Shown here one piece after another: positions 48,491-57,900 of a DNA stretch of 64,000 nucleotides. The stretch spans positions 20,286-84,285 of IMG/VR virus record IMGVR_UViG_3300047287_000420; one strand, 5' to 3'. A program made the translations under genes and the position numbers. A model generated the notes under the pieces. The model did no database searches and was not told the DNA's origin. It was given only the letters and a program-made list of their open reading frames with translations. How positions within the stretch are numbered: position 1 is the stretch's first letter; every line of letters starts with the position of its first letter. This DNA is from a virus.

Positions 48491-48742
48491 ATGGAATCCG
48501 CAAGGCTCTTGACAATCGCCCAGACCGCTGAGCTGCTGAACTGCTCTGCAGGCTTTGTACGTAAGCGTATCTCTCTGACTGAATCCAACCAGCCCGGAGG
48601 CTGGCCCAAGGGCATCTTCGTCAACCTGCAGCCCAACGGAGCCAAGTCCCTCTATCGCATCAATAAGGATGCACTTGAGGCTTACCTGAGTTCTAACGAA
48701 GAAGAGGCTAAAGTAGAAGAAAGCGCTGCTTGCGCTGTCTGA
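48491..48742 (+). CDS. excisionase-like HTH protein
   Basis: LLTIAQTAELLNCSAGFVRK...YRINKDALEAYL. Confidence 0.8.
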   Translation: MESARLLTIAQTAELLNCSAGFVRKRISLTESNQPGGWPKGIFVNLQPNGAKSLYRINKDALEAYLSSNEEEAKVEESAACAV

Positions 48743-48751
48743 TAGGTAGCC

Positions 48752-49291
48752 ATGAACTCCTCCTTAGCAAACATTTTCCAAAGCGCAGCTCAGGCTCCGA
48801 CTCAAGAAATTGTTAAGGAGGAGCTCATTCTTACAAAGGAGGCCACGCCTGATAACCTCGCTTATCAGATGGTCTCCTTTGCCTCCTATTTATATCAATT
48901 AAACGTCCAAGCTCATCTGTTGCACCTGAACGTAGAGTGCTCTAACTTCTTAGCCGTTCATGAGTTCTTAAAAGGACAATACGAACAGCACATTGGAGAC
49001 TTCGATACTCTGGCCGAGTTAGTCCGCAGCATGGACTATCTGATGCCAATGTGTCAGTGCGGCCTGTTCGACGCTTATAAAAAGTTCCCGTCTGTGAAGA
49101 CCTACGATGCACGCGAAGGTCTCACTCTGTACACCAAGAATCTTGAAGCTGGAGCGATGCTCGCTAAAGATCTTGTCGAAGCAGCACGCGAAACCGGAGC
49201 TCCTGACGTTGAAAATTATGCTGCGGACACCTGTGGCCGGTTATTTAAAGGAGCTTGGATGTTAAAAGCCACGCTGCGTGGATCTATGTGA
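48752..49291 (+). CDS. dps: Dps/ferritin-like protein
   Basis: HLNV...F..VHEFL..QY....D.LAE.VR ferroxidase-centre pattern; WML. Confidence 0.8.
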   Translation: MNSSLANIFQSAAQAPTQEIVKEELILTKEATPDNLAYQMVSFASYLYQLNVQAHLLHLNVECSNFLAVHEFLKGQYEQHIGDFDTLAELVRSMDYLMPMCQCGLFDAYKKFPSVKTYDAREGLTLYTKNLEAGAMLAKDLVEAARETGAPDVENYAADTCGRLFKGAWMLKATLRGSM

Positions 49292-49778
49292 GGATCCAGC
49301 CGCCATTAGCGGAAACATAAAGGCCGCTCGCACCCGAATTTAAATAAACAGTCAATCCGTCAGAAGCTGGCGGAAGAGCAGCAACAACTGCAATTCCGCT
49401 GGCTGTGACTGCAGAATTTGCTCTATTTGCGGTAGTAGCTGTCGTAGCACTTGTTGCTGAGTCAGCAAAGCCAGCACCAACTTTTTGCCAAGCACTTCCT
49501 GTCCATACCCTTAAGTAATAGCTTGAGGTAGAAGAATCAGTCCAAGTTTCTCCGACTGAATTCCCGACAGAGCCTACAGGGGCAGAATTAGGTGCAGTTG
49601 TGCCGTAGTGATTCGATCCAAACTTACGAATAGCCCCAGCCGAATCTTTGAAGTAAAGACCAGGATCAGAGGCACCAAAGCTCATAGCCGTCTCTCCGGC
49701 TTGAACTGTTGAAGTATTGGGCCTGTCGGAAGAGTTACCGCTGCGCTTAGTGAGAATAATTACCGGCGTGGAAGCCAT
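49284..49778 (-). CDS. tail fibre/spike adaptor protein
   Basis: KRSG...RP....GE...LYFKD fibre-attachment N-terminus; VWTGSAW. Confidence 0.7.
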   Translation of the reverse strand: MASTPVIILTKRSGNSSDRPNTSTVQAGETAMSFGASDPGLYFKDSAGAIRKFGSNHYGTTAPNSAPVGSVGNSVGETWTDSSTSSYYLRVWTGSAWQKVGAGFADSATSATTATTANRANSAVTASGIAVVAALPPASDGLTVYLNSGASGLYVSANGGWILT

Positions 49779-49779
49779 C

Positions 49780-51324
49780 TTAGTAAGTTCCTCCGTTGAT
49801 CAATGAAGGATAAGACGGGTAAGGAATTAGTGCGCCATTAGCGTACTGACCTCCGTCATAAATTAAGACGGCACCGCTTACAAGCACACCGTTGTTATAA
49901 GTTCCGCCATCTAACTTTGGAGTTACACCTGGATCCGGTGGCGCAAAAGGATCATACTGATCGATGTTGAACATCTCAAATCCACTCGCCGTCATAGCGC
50001 TGGATGTACCGGACGCTAACGTATCAAAGTTAAGCGTCTTCACCATAGTTGGGTGCATATCCGGATACATCATGTGCACCGGAACCGTATCCCGCGAAGG
50101 AGAGTATTTCTCCCACCAACGAAGATGCTGCTGACGTTTATCGAAAGTAGTTTGCTTAGCTAGGTTAATTTCAAACTCATCTCGATACCTATCATCCATT
50201 GGCTCATCGGTGGGCTGAGCCAACCACGCGGGAGGGAACATATCAGAACCAAACCTGTTCTGCATGTCCCAGAATGTTGCATAGATGTGCTTACACCATC
50301 TCGGAGCAAAATAAATTAAATTAGGGTCGGAATAAACTTTGCTGCTATCTGTGTAAGTAGGAAGATTCAACAGCTGCTTGACATACAGAAAACCAAAGTC
50401 ACGGGTGAAGCCAGGAAAATCCCTGCTATTAGACTCCCGAGAACTTAAGAAATCTTCACCTGCGTCATACTGACCCGGTTTGGCATCTTGAGGCAGTGTG
50501 TATGGATACTTTCGCTTTAAGTTGTATTCATAAAGGTTGAAGTCTTCACGAGCTAAGTAATCTGGGCAGTTGCACCCAAATCGCATCTCAGTTGTGAAGT
50601 AATCTCCTGGAGTAGGTAAAGAAGCAGGCGCAGCTAACGTCTCGTTATCGATAACAGACCAACTGTTATCTGTATCGAGAGAGATAAAAATACTATTGAA
50701 TACTGGAGCGAAGCTAGGAGTAAGCGGCGTAGTTCCGTTGCCCACGCCAGTGACTACATAATTGTTGTAGGTTGTTTTCTCCGCACCAGTTGAATCAAAG
50801 CGATCAGAAAGTATTTCGCCTGTAAAGAACGAAATCGGAGGGCCGAAATTACTAGACAGCTGAACGGCGTAGGTCGTACCGCTTGTCTGTGTTACTGATT
50901 TGATCGAGTAACCGAAATCAAGAAAGTTAAACGAATCGCGTGGGCGGACAGCAACCATCCGCATGGCCATATCCTGGCTCATGGATGGGTACATGTAACA
51001 AACACCGGGAAGCGCAGCGCCGATCCCCACGGTGCCTGTTGTCCAATATCTGAACGAATAGTTGAGACCAACGTACGCCTGGTTTGCATACATGTACAGT
51101 TCATATCCTCTACGCCAGCGCGTCCACATAGACGCGTAGTTGTAGTCGTAAAGGATACTGAAGTCTTTTAAGTTAAAGTCAGGTCTAAATTTTCTTTTAA
51201 AAGGCATCGGCGTTGCGAGCTGATGCCTTGAGCTAGCGCCTTCGACAGCTTTAAACCCAAAGTTCGATTTCTTTGGCCGGTGATTGTGCCAGCCAAAATC
51301 ATCCGAGCCTTTGTGTTTAGCCAC
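49780..51324 (-). CDS. virion-cluster protein with SWIM-type Zn finger
   Basis: CNCPDY ... WCKHIYA; C-terminal DGGTY repeats. Confidence 0.7.
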   Translation of the reverse strand: MAKHKGSDDFGWHNHRPKKSNFGFKAVEGASSRHQLATPMPFKRKFRPDFNLKDFSILYDYNYASMWTRWRRGYELYMYANQAYVGLNYSFRYWTTGTVGIGAALPGVCYMYPSMSQDMAMRMVAVRPRDSFNFLDFGYSIKSVTQTSGTTYAVQLSSNFGPPISFFTGEILSDRFDSTGAEKTTYNNYVVTGVGNGTTPLTPSFAPVFNSIFISLDTDNSWSVIDNETLAAPASLPTPGDYFTTEMRFGCNCPDYLAREDFNLYEYNLKRKYPYTLPQDAKPGQYDAGEDFLSSRESNSRDFPGFTRDFGFLYVKQLLNLPTYTDSSKVYSDPNLIYFAPRWCKHIYATFWDMQNRFGSDMFPPAWLAQPTDEPMDDRYRDEFEINLAKQTTFDKRQQHLRWWEKYSPSRDTVPVHMMYPDMHPTMVKTLNFDTLASGTSSAMTASGFEMFNIDQYDPFAPPDPGVTPKLDGGTYNNGVLVSGAVLIYDGGQYANGALIPYPSYPSLINGGTY

Positions 51325-51327
51325 GAA

Positions 51328-51885
51328 TTAATAGAATCCGCCTTGCGCCATGATACAAACGCCAGACGTACTCAAACCACCAGACACAGCAGCGGGGCCG
51401 TTGCCTAAATAACCTACGCAAAGAATGTATCCTTTTTCGAGATACATAGCTTCAGACTTACCGCGTTCAATGGGATACACGGTTGTCGTATCGCCGACCT
51501 GAGGCGTGGGAGCCACAGTGGCGGGGAGTTCGACTCGCTGAATCAAACCATCAGTAGAACCAGAAAGACCGACCTGGAACTTACCAACTAACAGCGGGGT
51601 CGAAGTTGAGGGAGCTGCCTGGTTAGGTGCATAAACATACACACCGAAAGCAGCAGTGCGGACACCGCTTCGATCAGGGTAACCTTCAGACGAAACAACA
51701 AAAATATCTTCGACAAGAGCACCATCCTCAGAAGGAAGGTCACCCACACGCACAAGCTGAACCAGCTGGCTGAAATCTGGGTTACTGGGAGAAGTAACTA
51801 CAGGTGTGCTGCTGTTGATCCGGGCACCCCTAAAAAAGGGGCGATCAACCATTAAGGGTTGTTTGTTAGTTGAAGTCGAGGCCAT
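51328..51885 (-). CDS. putative tail structural protein
   Basis: 185-aa beta-rich ORF in the structural cluster. Confidence 0.65.
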   Translation of the reverse strand: MASTSTNKQPLMVDRPFFRGARINSSTPVVTSPSNPDFSQLVQLVRVGDLPSEDGALVEDIFVVSSEGYPDRSGVRTAAFGVYVYAPNQAAPSTSTPLLVGKFQVGLSGSTDGLIQRVELPATVAPTPQVGDTTTVYPIERGKSEAMYLEKGYILCVGYLGNGPAAVSGGLSTSGVCIMAQGGFY

Positions 51886-51906
51886 TGGGTGCGCTCCGTG
51901 AGCTTA

Positions 51907-52413
51907 TTACTTAGGTTGAGGCGCCCCTGGGGCAGGAGCCTGTGAGGGGAGTCTATCTTGGGGTTTAATAGACTCAAAACCTCCAGTTTTCAAAGCTTCA
52001 AGAGCTTCTTTCCAAGAAATATCGCCTTTCTCAACACCAGCAAGAATTAAACGTTGACGCAAATCAGATTCACGAGCACTCTCGCGCTCCATACGAGCAC
52101 GCTCTTCAGATTGTTCGTTACGAGCCCGCATATCTTCCAGCACTTGGAAGATGAAGCGATCACCGGCCATCCGAGGATCATCAACACCACGGCCCGGTAA
52201 AGGGTAGCCTTGATAGCCTTGCTTAAAGGCGACGGCTGCCTCAACGATAGGGGCAAGTTTGCCAGCGATATCGTTTAAGCGGCCAAGGAAGCCGAGGTTC
52301 GAGTCGGCTTGCACCGGCTCGGAACTCATCGACACACCATAAGCACGAGCGTCGCGAGGATCTGCTTCGCCAGAGTAGTCATAACTCCGAGGAGCCATTA
52401 AAGGTGCAGCCAT
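51907..52413 (-). CDS. putative internal virion protein
   Basis: Helical ORF with position typical of ejection proteins. Confidence 0.55.
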   Translation of the reverse strand: MAAPLMAPRSYDYSGEADPRDARAYGVSMSSEPVQADSNLGFLGRLNDIAGKLAPIVEAAVAFKQGYQGYPLPGRGVDDPRMAGDRFIFQVLEDMRARNEQSEERARMERESARESDLRQRLILAGVEKGDISWKEALEALKTGGFESIKPQDRLPSQAPAPGAPQPK

Positions 52414-52455
52414 ACGCTTACCTAAATCGACGCAGATCCTGCAGTTATTTTACTA

Positions 52456-54216
52456 TCAATAGCCGGCGTACATTGCTGCACGCGGTGCTTGAGTACGGAT
52501 AAAATCCTGCACCCGCTGAAGATTGGGTTGGACGTTAGGCGTTGTTGCATACTTCAAGGCTTGAGCTTCTTGAGTTCCCTTAAGAGCGGCGTCTGCTGTA
52601 GCTTCAGCATTGCCCACAGCGTTTGCGGCTGTCTCCGAACCCATAGGGGTCGTCACAACAGTGGTCGTAATGGATTCAGAGCTTTGCTGATTAGCTGCTG
52701 GGTTAACCAGTTGACGACGCTGATATTCGTAAGCTAGTGCAGGGTTTGCTTGCGCCCAGCTAGCCAGTTGACTGCCGACAGCAGAAGACTGACCGCCCAT
52801 GTAGCGCATGAGTTCCCGACGCTTATCAGCGGAGCCGGCGTAAGCCTGACGCGCAGCGTAGTAATCCTCAATGCTCTTATAACGCTCAGGGCTCATGGGC
52901 TCTGTGGCGCGTTGGACTGCGGCAGCAGCTGGGGCATTCTGAGCAAGAGCAGCGCGAATAGCGCTTTCACGCTCAAGGCCACCGCTAGTGATCACGGGGG
53001 CGGGAGCCGTGGGGTCGATGTTGCCAGGAGCAGGAGGGTTCGGAGGTGCTACAGCAGGAGCTCCCTCTCCAAGAGGAGTTCCGTCTGACTCAGTAAATAG
53101 GGGTGCGCTCACCGAGGGAGGTAGCGGCAGCTCAGGAGGTGCACCAGCAGTCGTCTCGCCAGTGCGATTCCCACCCATCGACATGCCTGCGATACCGGCA
53201 CCGAAGAGACCTAAACCGGCTGCACCTGTGGCAGCACGGAATGCAGGATTATTAAGAAGAGCACCGAGATCAACAAGCTCAGCACCGCTCGCGGCGTTAC
53301 GAGCAAAAGCCATGGCGGCTGCCGGATCCACGGGGGCGGGACCTGCATCAGGGCCAAATGCAGGACGGGGAGCAACAGGACCTAAGTCAGCCGCTTCGCG
53401 GATCATTGAAGTGCCGATACGCTCTTGCACTTCCTTAGGAAGTTGACGGATGAGTTCTGGACGCATCCGGAACCCACCGCTCCAAATATCAGGAACGTTA
53501 TCCAGGAAAAAAGAACCTTGAACTCCTGCAGCTTCCGAAGGCCCCTGCATAGGTGCGCGACCAGGACCTTGCAGCGCAGGAGGATTAAAAACTTCTAAGT
53601 TTGCCTGCGAAGCAACAGGACCACCGCGATAAGGTTGGCCACCAATTGGAGTGCCTTCTGGGCGAAGGGCTCCTTTAGCCGTGGTGAACTCAGTAGTCGA
53701 ACGTGCCCCAGACGGGAAACGAAGATCAAGCTGACCTTGAACAGGAGTACCCGTCATCGAAGGCCCTTGCATCGGAGCACGTTGAGCTCCCTGCATTGTG
53801 GGCTGGCTGATCAGATCTTCAGTGAACTGAGTGCGAGTAGTAGGAGCAGCTGCAGGAGCCTGAGTCCTTACAAGCTCGCCGCCGCGAGTGCGCGGACCTT
53901 GGAAAGGCTGAGTGACAAGAGTATTGGTTGGACGTGCCCCCACAGGTACTGCGGGATTGTTTGCACCAGGACCGAAAGCGGGCTTAGGTGCTTGGCCTAG
54001 CTGGCGGGAAGTTTTAACTTCTAAAGTCCCAAGCAGCCCCGGACCAGGTTGGCTGGGAACTGAAGCGCCCATCTTACGGAGAGCGTTAGTGGTGTTTTCT
54101 ACCAACACCCGATCACCAGTTTGCAAAACCATCGGCAGAACCCGCTCTGCAAGATCCTGAGCAGATTGAATGCCAAGCTTCTTGGCAAATCCGAACGCCT
54201 TCCCGAATAAGGACAT
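52456..54216 (-). CDS. Pro/Ala/Gln-rich putative internal virion (ejection) protein
   Basis: Low complexity, repeated RAPMQGPS and PAFGP, central hydrophobic Gly/Ala segment. Confidence 0.65.
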   Translation of the reverse strand: MSLFGKAFGFAKKLGIQSAQDLAERVLPMVLQTGDRVLVENTTNALRKMGASVPSQPGPGLLGTLEVKTSRQLGQAPKPAFGPGANNPAVPVGARPTNTLVTQPFQGPRTRGGELVRTQAPAAAPTTRTQFTEDLISQPTMQGAQRAPMQGPSMTGTPVQGQLDLRFPSGARSTTEFTTAKGALRPEGTPIGGQPYRGGPVASQANLEVFNPPALQGPGRAPMQGPSEAAGVQGSFFLDNVPDIWSGGFRMRPELIRQLPKEVQERIGTSMIREAADLGPVAPRPAFGPDAGPAPVDPAAAMAFARNAASGAELVDLGALLNNPAFRAATGAAGLGLFGAGIAGMSMGGNRTGETTAGAPPELPLPPSVSAPLFTESDGTPLGEGAPAVAPPNPPAPGNIDPTAPAPVITSGGLERESAIRAALAQNAPAAAAVQRATEPMSPERYKSIEDYYAARQAYAGSADKRRELMRYMGGQSSAVGSQLASWAQANPALAYEYQRRQLVNPAANQQSSESITTTVVTTPMGSETAANAVGNAEATADAALKGTQEAQALKYATTPNVQPNLQRVQDFIRTQAPRAAMYAGY

Positions 54217-54259
54217 AATTTAAAACGCCCGCTAGAACTGATGATTCTTAAGTCACAGT

Positions 54260-54880
54260 TTAGCGCCAATTAGCATAAAAGTAGAGTCGGTCCGAACGCG
54301 AAACATCCGGGGGACCAGGGATAGCTTGTATAAACTCACCGCCGCTTCTTTCGAAACGATAACGAGCTGCCACAGGATCGCGATAGTTCGGCACGTAGAG
54401 CATGTGAGCTAAGCGATCACACTCAAACTGATAATTCTCTCTCCAGATACGTGCTGTTTCCCTCTTATCCTGAATGCTGATAGAACGAGACACGTCACCA
54501 AGAATTGTTTCTTGACGACTCGTAGCCCGCCCCGTGGCCAGCTCAGTTAAGCGCTCGGCTTCCTCGCAACGCTCAACCTGTTGAACAATCTTGTCAAAGT
54601 AAAACTCACTAGGGACGCTATTGCAAGCTTCTAATAACCTTGCGTAGTCTCCAGCAGGTACAGTTGCAATATTGTAACCTAAGTGATACGCAACACGACT
54701 AAAGTTAAAGTCGTCTAACGCGTATCCAAATACTTGTGCAGGGTTTCTAGTTAGCTGATTAACAGCCGAGTAGATTACTTCTCGTTTAGTGGCGTCAGTA
54801 GTTGTCGCCTGAAAAACAACACCCTGCTGAGCTAGATAAGACTGAATCTGCTCTAACTCATTCTGGCTCAGCTGCGCCAC
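54260..54880 (-). CDS. putative head-tail connector/neck protein
   Basis: Helical 206-aa ORF downstream of the capsid genes. Confidence 0.55.
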   Translation of the reverse strand: MAQLSQNELEQIQSYLAQQGVVFQATTTDATKREVIYSAVNQLTRNPAQVFGYALDDFNFSRVAYHLGYNIATVPAGDYARLLEACNSVPSEFYFDKIVQQVERCEEAERLTELATGRATSRQETILGDVSRSISIQDKRETARIWRENYQFECDRLAHMLYVPNYRDPVAARYRFERSGGEFIQAIPGPPDVSRSDRLYFYANWR

Positions 54881-54902
54881 AACTAGAAACCCTTACATTT
54901 TT

Positions 54903-55358
54903 CTATTCTACGTACACAACGCCAGTAGCAAAAACTTCAGACCATTCGACCCTTTTAATGCTTTCTAATTGCTCAAGCTTAGTAAAACGTTCCCCAGGCA
55001 AAGACTGACGAAGTTCAACAATCTCTTTGGCTGTTTTCAAGCCAACGCCAGGCAGACATTGGGTTAAACCTTCAGGAGTCAGGTTATTAAGGTTGATGCG
55101 ATTATCAACCGGAGGTAAAGGCTTAACTACAGCTACCTCTTCGCCATCCTTCTTGACTGTGCGGCGGCCACGGCGTGTTTGAACTGTATTACCAGCCGGT
55201 TTGGGGTCTAGATCTTCTTTAAATTCATCAACTTGATCCTTGTGAGCGAAAAAAACTTTACCAGTGGTGCTGGAGCGCACCATGAAGTACTCGCCGTCAT
55301 CATGAGTAGAGATTACGTCGATCTTCACCCCACTGGGCTTATAAACTTTGGCGGACAT
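54903..55358 (-). CDS. helix-hairpin-helix (ComEA-like) DNA-binding protein
   Basis: INLN...LPGVGLKTAKEIVELR...F..LEQL. Confidence 0.85.
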   Translation of the reverse strand: MSAKVYKPSGVKIDVISTHDDGEYFMVRSSTTGKVFFAHKDQVDEFKEDLDPKPAGNTVQTRRGRRTVKKDGEEVAVVKPLPPVDNRINLNNLTPEGLTQCLPGVGLKTAKEIVELRQSLPGERFTKLEQLESIKRVEWSEVFATGVVYVE

Positions 55359-55401
55359 CTGAAAAAGTCAGTATGTGAGCAGTAGTTTAGAGCAGATTAG
55401 C

Positions 55402-55665
55402 TCACTCCTCACGCATACGCTTCAGGTCTTTTTCGAAATTACCCAAAAACTCAGCTCGTTTCTCCCAGGTATCTCCTCCTACGCACCCCTTTTTAGGATT
55501 AATGCACTGAGGGTCAGACACACGGTTACAAACCAGCCCCGCAAGGTCTAGTTCATTACCTTTATAACCAGTCTTCCAGTGGTGTACGCCGTTAAGCCAC
55601 GTGGCGCCACATCTAGAGCACTCTCTACGCTCTAATTTAAGGTCTGAAAGCTCCCGATCGTCCAT
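55402..55665 (-). CDS. Cys-rich cyanophage-type hypothetical protein
   Basis: CSRCGATWLNG...DLAGLVCN...CINP..GGDTW. Confidence 0.75.
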   Translation of the reverse strand: MDDRELSDLKLERRECSRCGATWLNGVHHWKTGYKGNELDLAGLVCNRVSDPQCINPKKGCVGGDTWEKRAEFLGNFEKDLKRMREE

Positions 55666-55756
55666 AAATCTGGATAAATACGGTGTGCTTTATTAACTCT
55701 GACAGCGGAATGAACTGAATACTGTAAAAACTTAATTAAGAACAGGAAATAAAGAC

Positions 55757-55782
55757 AAAAAAAACCCCTTCCGAAGAAGGGG
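55757..55782 (-). terminator. Rho-independent terminator after the capsid operon
   Basis: On the - strand: CCCCTTC-TTCG-GAAGGGG followed by T8. Confidence 0.9.
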
Positions 55783-55807
55783 CCCCTGGTTTCGCGATCT
55801 GACTGTA

Positions 55808-56686
55808 TCAGGTCGGGGAAGTCGAGGTGTAAATCTGAGATTCGACAACACCTGCAGGCTGCAGAGCCAGATCAGAACGCTCGGGCGGCTGATCAGGAAC
55901 AATCCAGCACACTTCGCAGATGGCAAGAGCTTTGTTCTTGCCGGACAGCTTGCCAGCACCAGCACGGGGATCGTAGATACCCGAACCTTGAGCCAGACCA
56001 GAAGCGGCAACGCCGCCCAGGTTGGTGGTGGTGAACAGCTTCCACTGAGTATCAGCAGTCAGAGCAGACAGGCTGCTCGAGTTGATGATGTTGGTGGAGG
56101 CCACACTGCCGTTGGCGATGCGGCTGTCGGAACCAGTAACGGAAGTACCGAACTGGCCGGACACAACAGTGGTGGTGTTGCGGAGACCTTGACCCACAGC
56201 GGGGATCAGGGTCAGCTGAGGTGCGGCAGCGCCGCCGGCAACGCCGGAGCTCACCACATCGCCACCGTCCACACGCAGAGAAGTGCGGTACACGAAAGCA
56301 CCAGAAGGCACGGTGATGCCATCGGTGATGTCGGCCCGGACATCCTTGTGGAAATCGGGGGAAGGGATGATGATGTTGGCGTTCAGGAAGGGCTGGTTAG
56401 CCCCGTTCTGACCGGAACCATAAGGCTGGGTGTAGTAATCCAGCTGGTTATTGGTACCGAGAGCCTGATAGCTCAGGTCAACGTAACCGATGGCTTGCTG
56501 AGCAATCCAACCGGGACGGAACACCACGCCCACAGGGCCACCAACGGGTTGGTTGGTGTAGCTCGTTTGAACGCCATTGGCGTTCTCGAACTGCATGGTC
56601 TTTTCTTCGTGCCAGTAACGAAGAACGTTGGTGTAGTTGCCGGGATAAATCTTGGCAACCGAGATCTGGTTAGGGTTGATCGTCAT
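55808..56686 (-). CDS. minor capsid/decoration protein
   Basis: Directly after MCP with GGAGG RBS; same strong codon bias. Confidence 0.75.
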   Translation of the reverse strand: MTINPNQISVAKIYPGNYTNVLRYWHEEKTMQFENANGVQTSYTNQPVGGPVGVVFRPGWIAQQAIGYVDLSYQALGTNNQLDYYTQPYGSGQNGANQPFLNANIIIPSPDFHKDVRADITDGITVPSGAFVYRTSLRVDGGDVVSSGVAGGAAAPQLTLIPAVGQGLRNTTTVVSGQFGTSVTGSDSRIANGSVASTNIINSSSLSALTADTQWKLFTTTNLGGVAASGLAQGSGIYDPRAGAGKLSGKNKALAICEVCWIVPDQPPERSDLALQPAGVVESQIYTSTSPT

Positions 56687-56700
56687 TGTTAGTTACCTCC

Positions 56701-57816
56701 TCAAGCGTCGAAAGAGTAACCAACGGTGACGAAGTCAGCGTTCAGAAGTTCGAAACCTGCGTACAGGCTCCAAATCATCATGATGAAGCGGCTGAAGTCG
56801 TCGTTGTTGTTGAGGAGCACCTGGGCGTTGTTGCCACCGATGCCAACACCAACGGCCTGCGGACCAAAGAAGATACCAACGGCTGCGTTGTAAGCCTTGG
56901 CAACCGATGCGATGGTCGCGTTCTGGGTTTGAGTAGGCATGTTGGTGCTTTCGAAGAAGCGCACGCCTTCAAACACAAAGCCCGTGGGCATGATCGGCTC
57001 GCCAGCCACGAAGGTGGCTTGGCCGAAGCCTTGACCCATGTACAGGGCAGCGTTGGGCTGCATCCCGGACATGAGGGGGTTGATTTGACCGTTGCCAGGA
57101 TAACGAGCAACCTCGCGGAAGTCGCTGTTCTGACGAAGGTGCATCAGGAAGGTCGGATCGCAAACGCAGCGATAGAAACCATCCTGGAAGGTAGGAGTGT
57201 TCCGCTTACGCAGGCTCTTCACCACGCGAAGCAGGTCATCCTTAACGTCGAACTTAGCTTGCTCGGCGTTGGTATAGGTCAGAGCACCAGTGGCAAGGTC
57301 ACCAGGGAAGTAGTAACCGCCTTGGGTGTCAGAAGACTGACCCTTAGAAACAGCCTTCAGGAGTTCGTTGATGAACACCCGGTCGCGCCAACGACGATAG
57401 TCGTCGAGCAGCGTCAGGCTACCAATGGATTGGTGGAAGGTGGTGAGATTGCCGGTATCAAGAAGCAGACGCTGAGCAGTGATCAGCGTTTCACGTGCAA
57501 TCTTGAAAGTGCTGGGCTGAGTGGGATCACTCGGGTCAGCAGGACCGGTGTACTCGCGAAGCGTCACGAGCACCTTATCCTTCACGATATTGCGGCTGTT
57601 AGCAGTACCGATGGTCTGCTCAGCAGTACGCTCGCGAGATTCTTTGGAGCCGGGGTTACCGAAGAAGCGGTAACGGTCAAGCTGCACAGTCTGGCCGGGT
57701 TGCTTCGAAAAATCGTGAACAACCACAGGCTCCGCAGCCATCTCAACGATGTATGCGGGGTGAGGACGGTACAGTTCAGCACCAAGAATCTTCGGGAAGT
57801 CATTATCGATGAACAT
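56701..57816 (-). CDS. major capsid protein (HK97-fold inferred)
   Basis: 371 aa, high-expression codon bias, position after portal and scaffold, KQPGQTVQ and FEGVRFFES motifs. Confidence 0.85.
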   Translation of the reverse strand: MFIDNDFPKILGAELYRPHPAYIVEMAAEPVVVHDFSKQPGQTVQLDRYRFFGNPGSKESRERTAEQTIGTANSRNIVKDKVLVTLREYTGPADPSDPTQPSTFKIARETLITAQRLLLDTGNLTTFHQSIGSLTLLDDYRRWRDRVFINELLKAVSKGQSSDTQGGYYFPGDLATGALTYTNAEQAKFDVKDDLLRVVKSLRKRNTPTFQDGFYRCVCDPTFLMHLRQNSDFREVARYPGNGQINPLMSGMQPNAALYMGQGFGQATFVAGEPIMPTGFVFEGVRFFESTNMPTQTQNATIASVAKAYNAAVGIFFGPQAVGVGIGGNNAQVLLNNNDDFSRFIMMIWSLYAGFELLNADFVTVGYSFDA

Positions 57817-57900
57817 CGATAATATCCAGAAGAAACTACAAAGTTAATCTTAAAACCCTAGGAACGAGATAAGTAAAAACTTTGTCGCGTTCCTAGCGGT

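Noticed and set aside
48491-48742. Excisionase-like HTH as evidence of lysogeny
   Set aside because: No integrase, att site or repressor switch in the window; such HTHs occur in lytic phages
55988-57822. Long + strand ORFs (234 and 378 aa) antisense to the capsid genes
   Set aside because: They mirror strongly codon-biased, highly expressed genes, which suppresses antisense stops; no recognisable motifs
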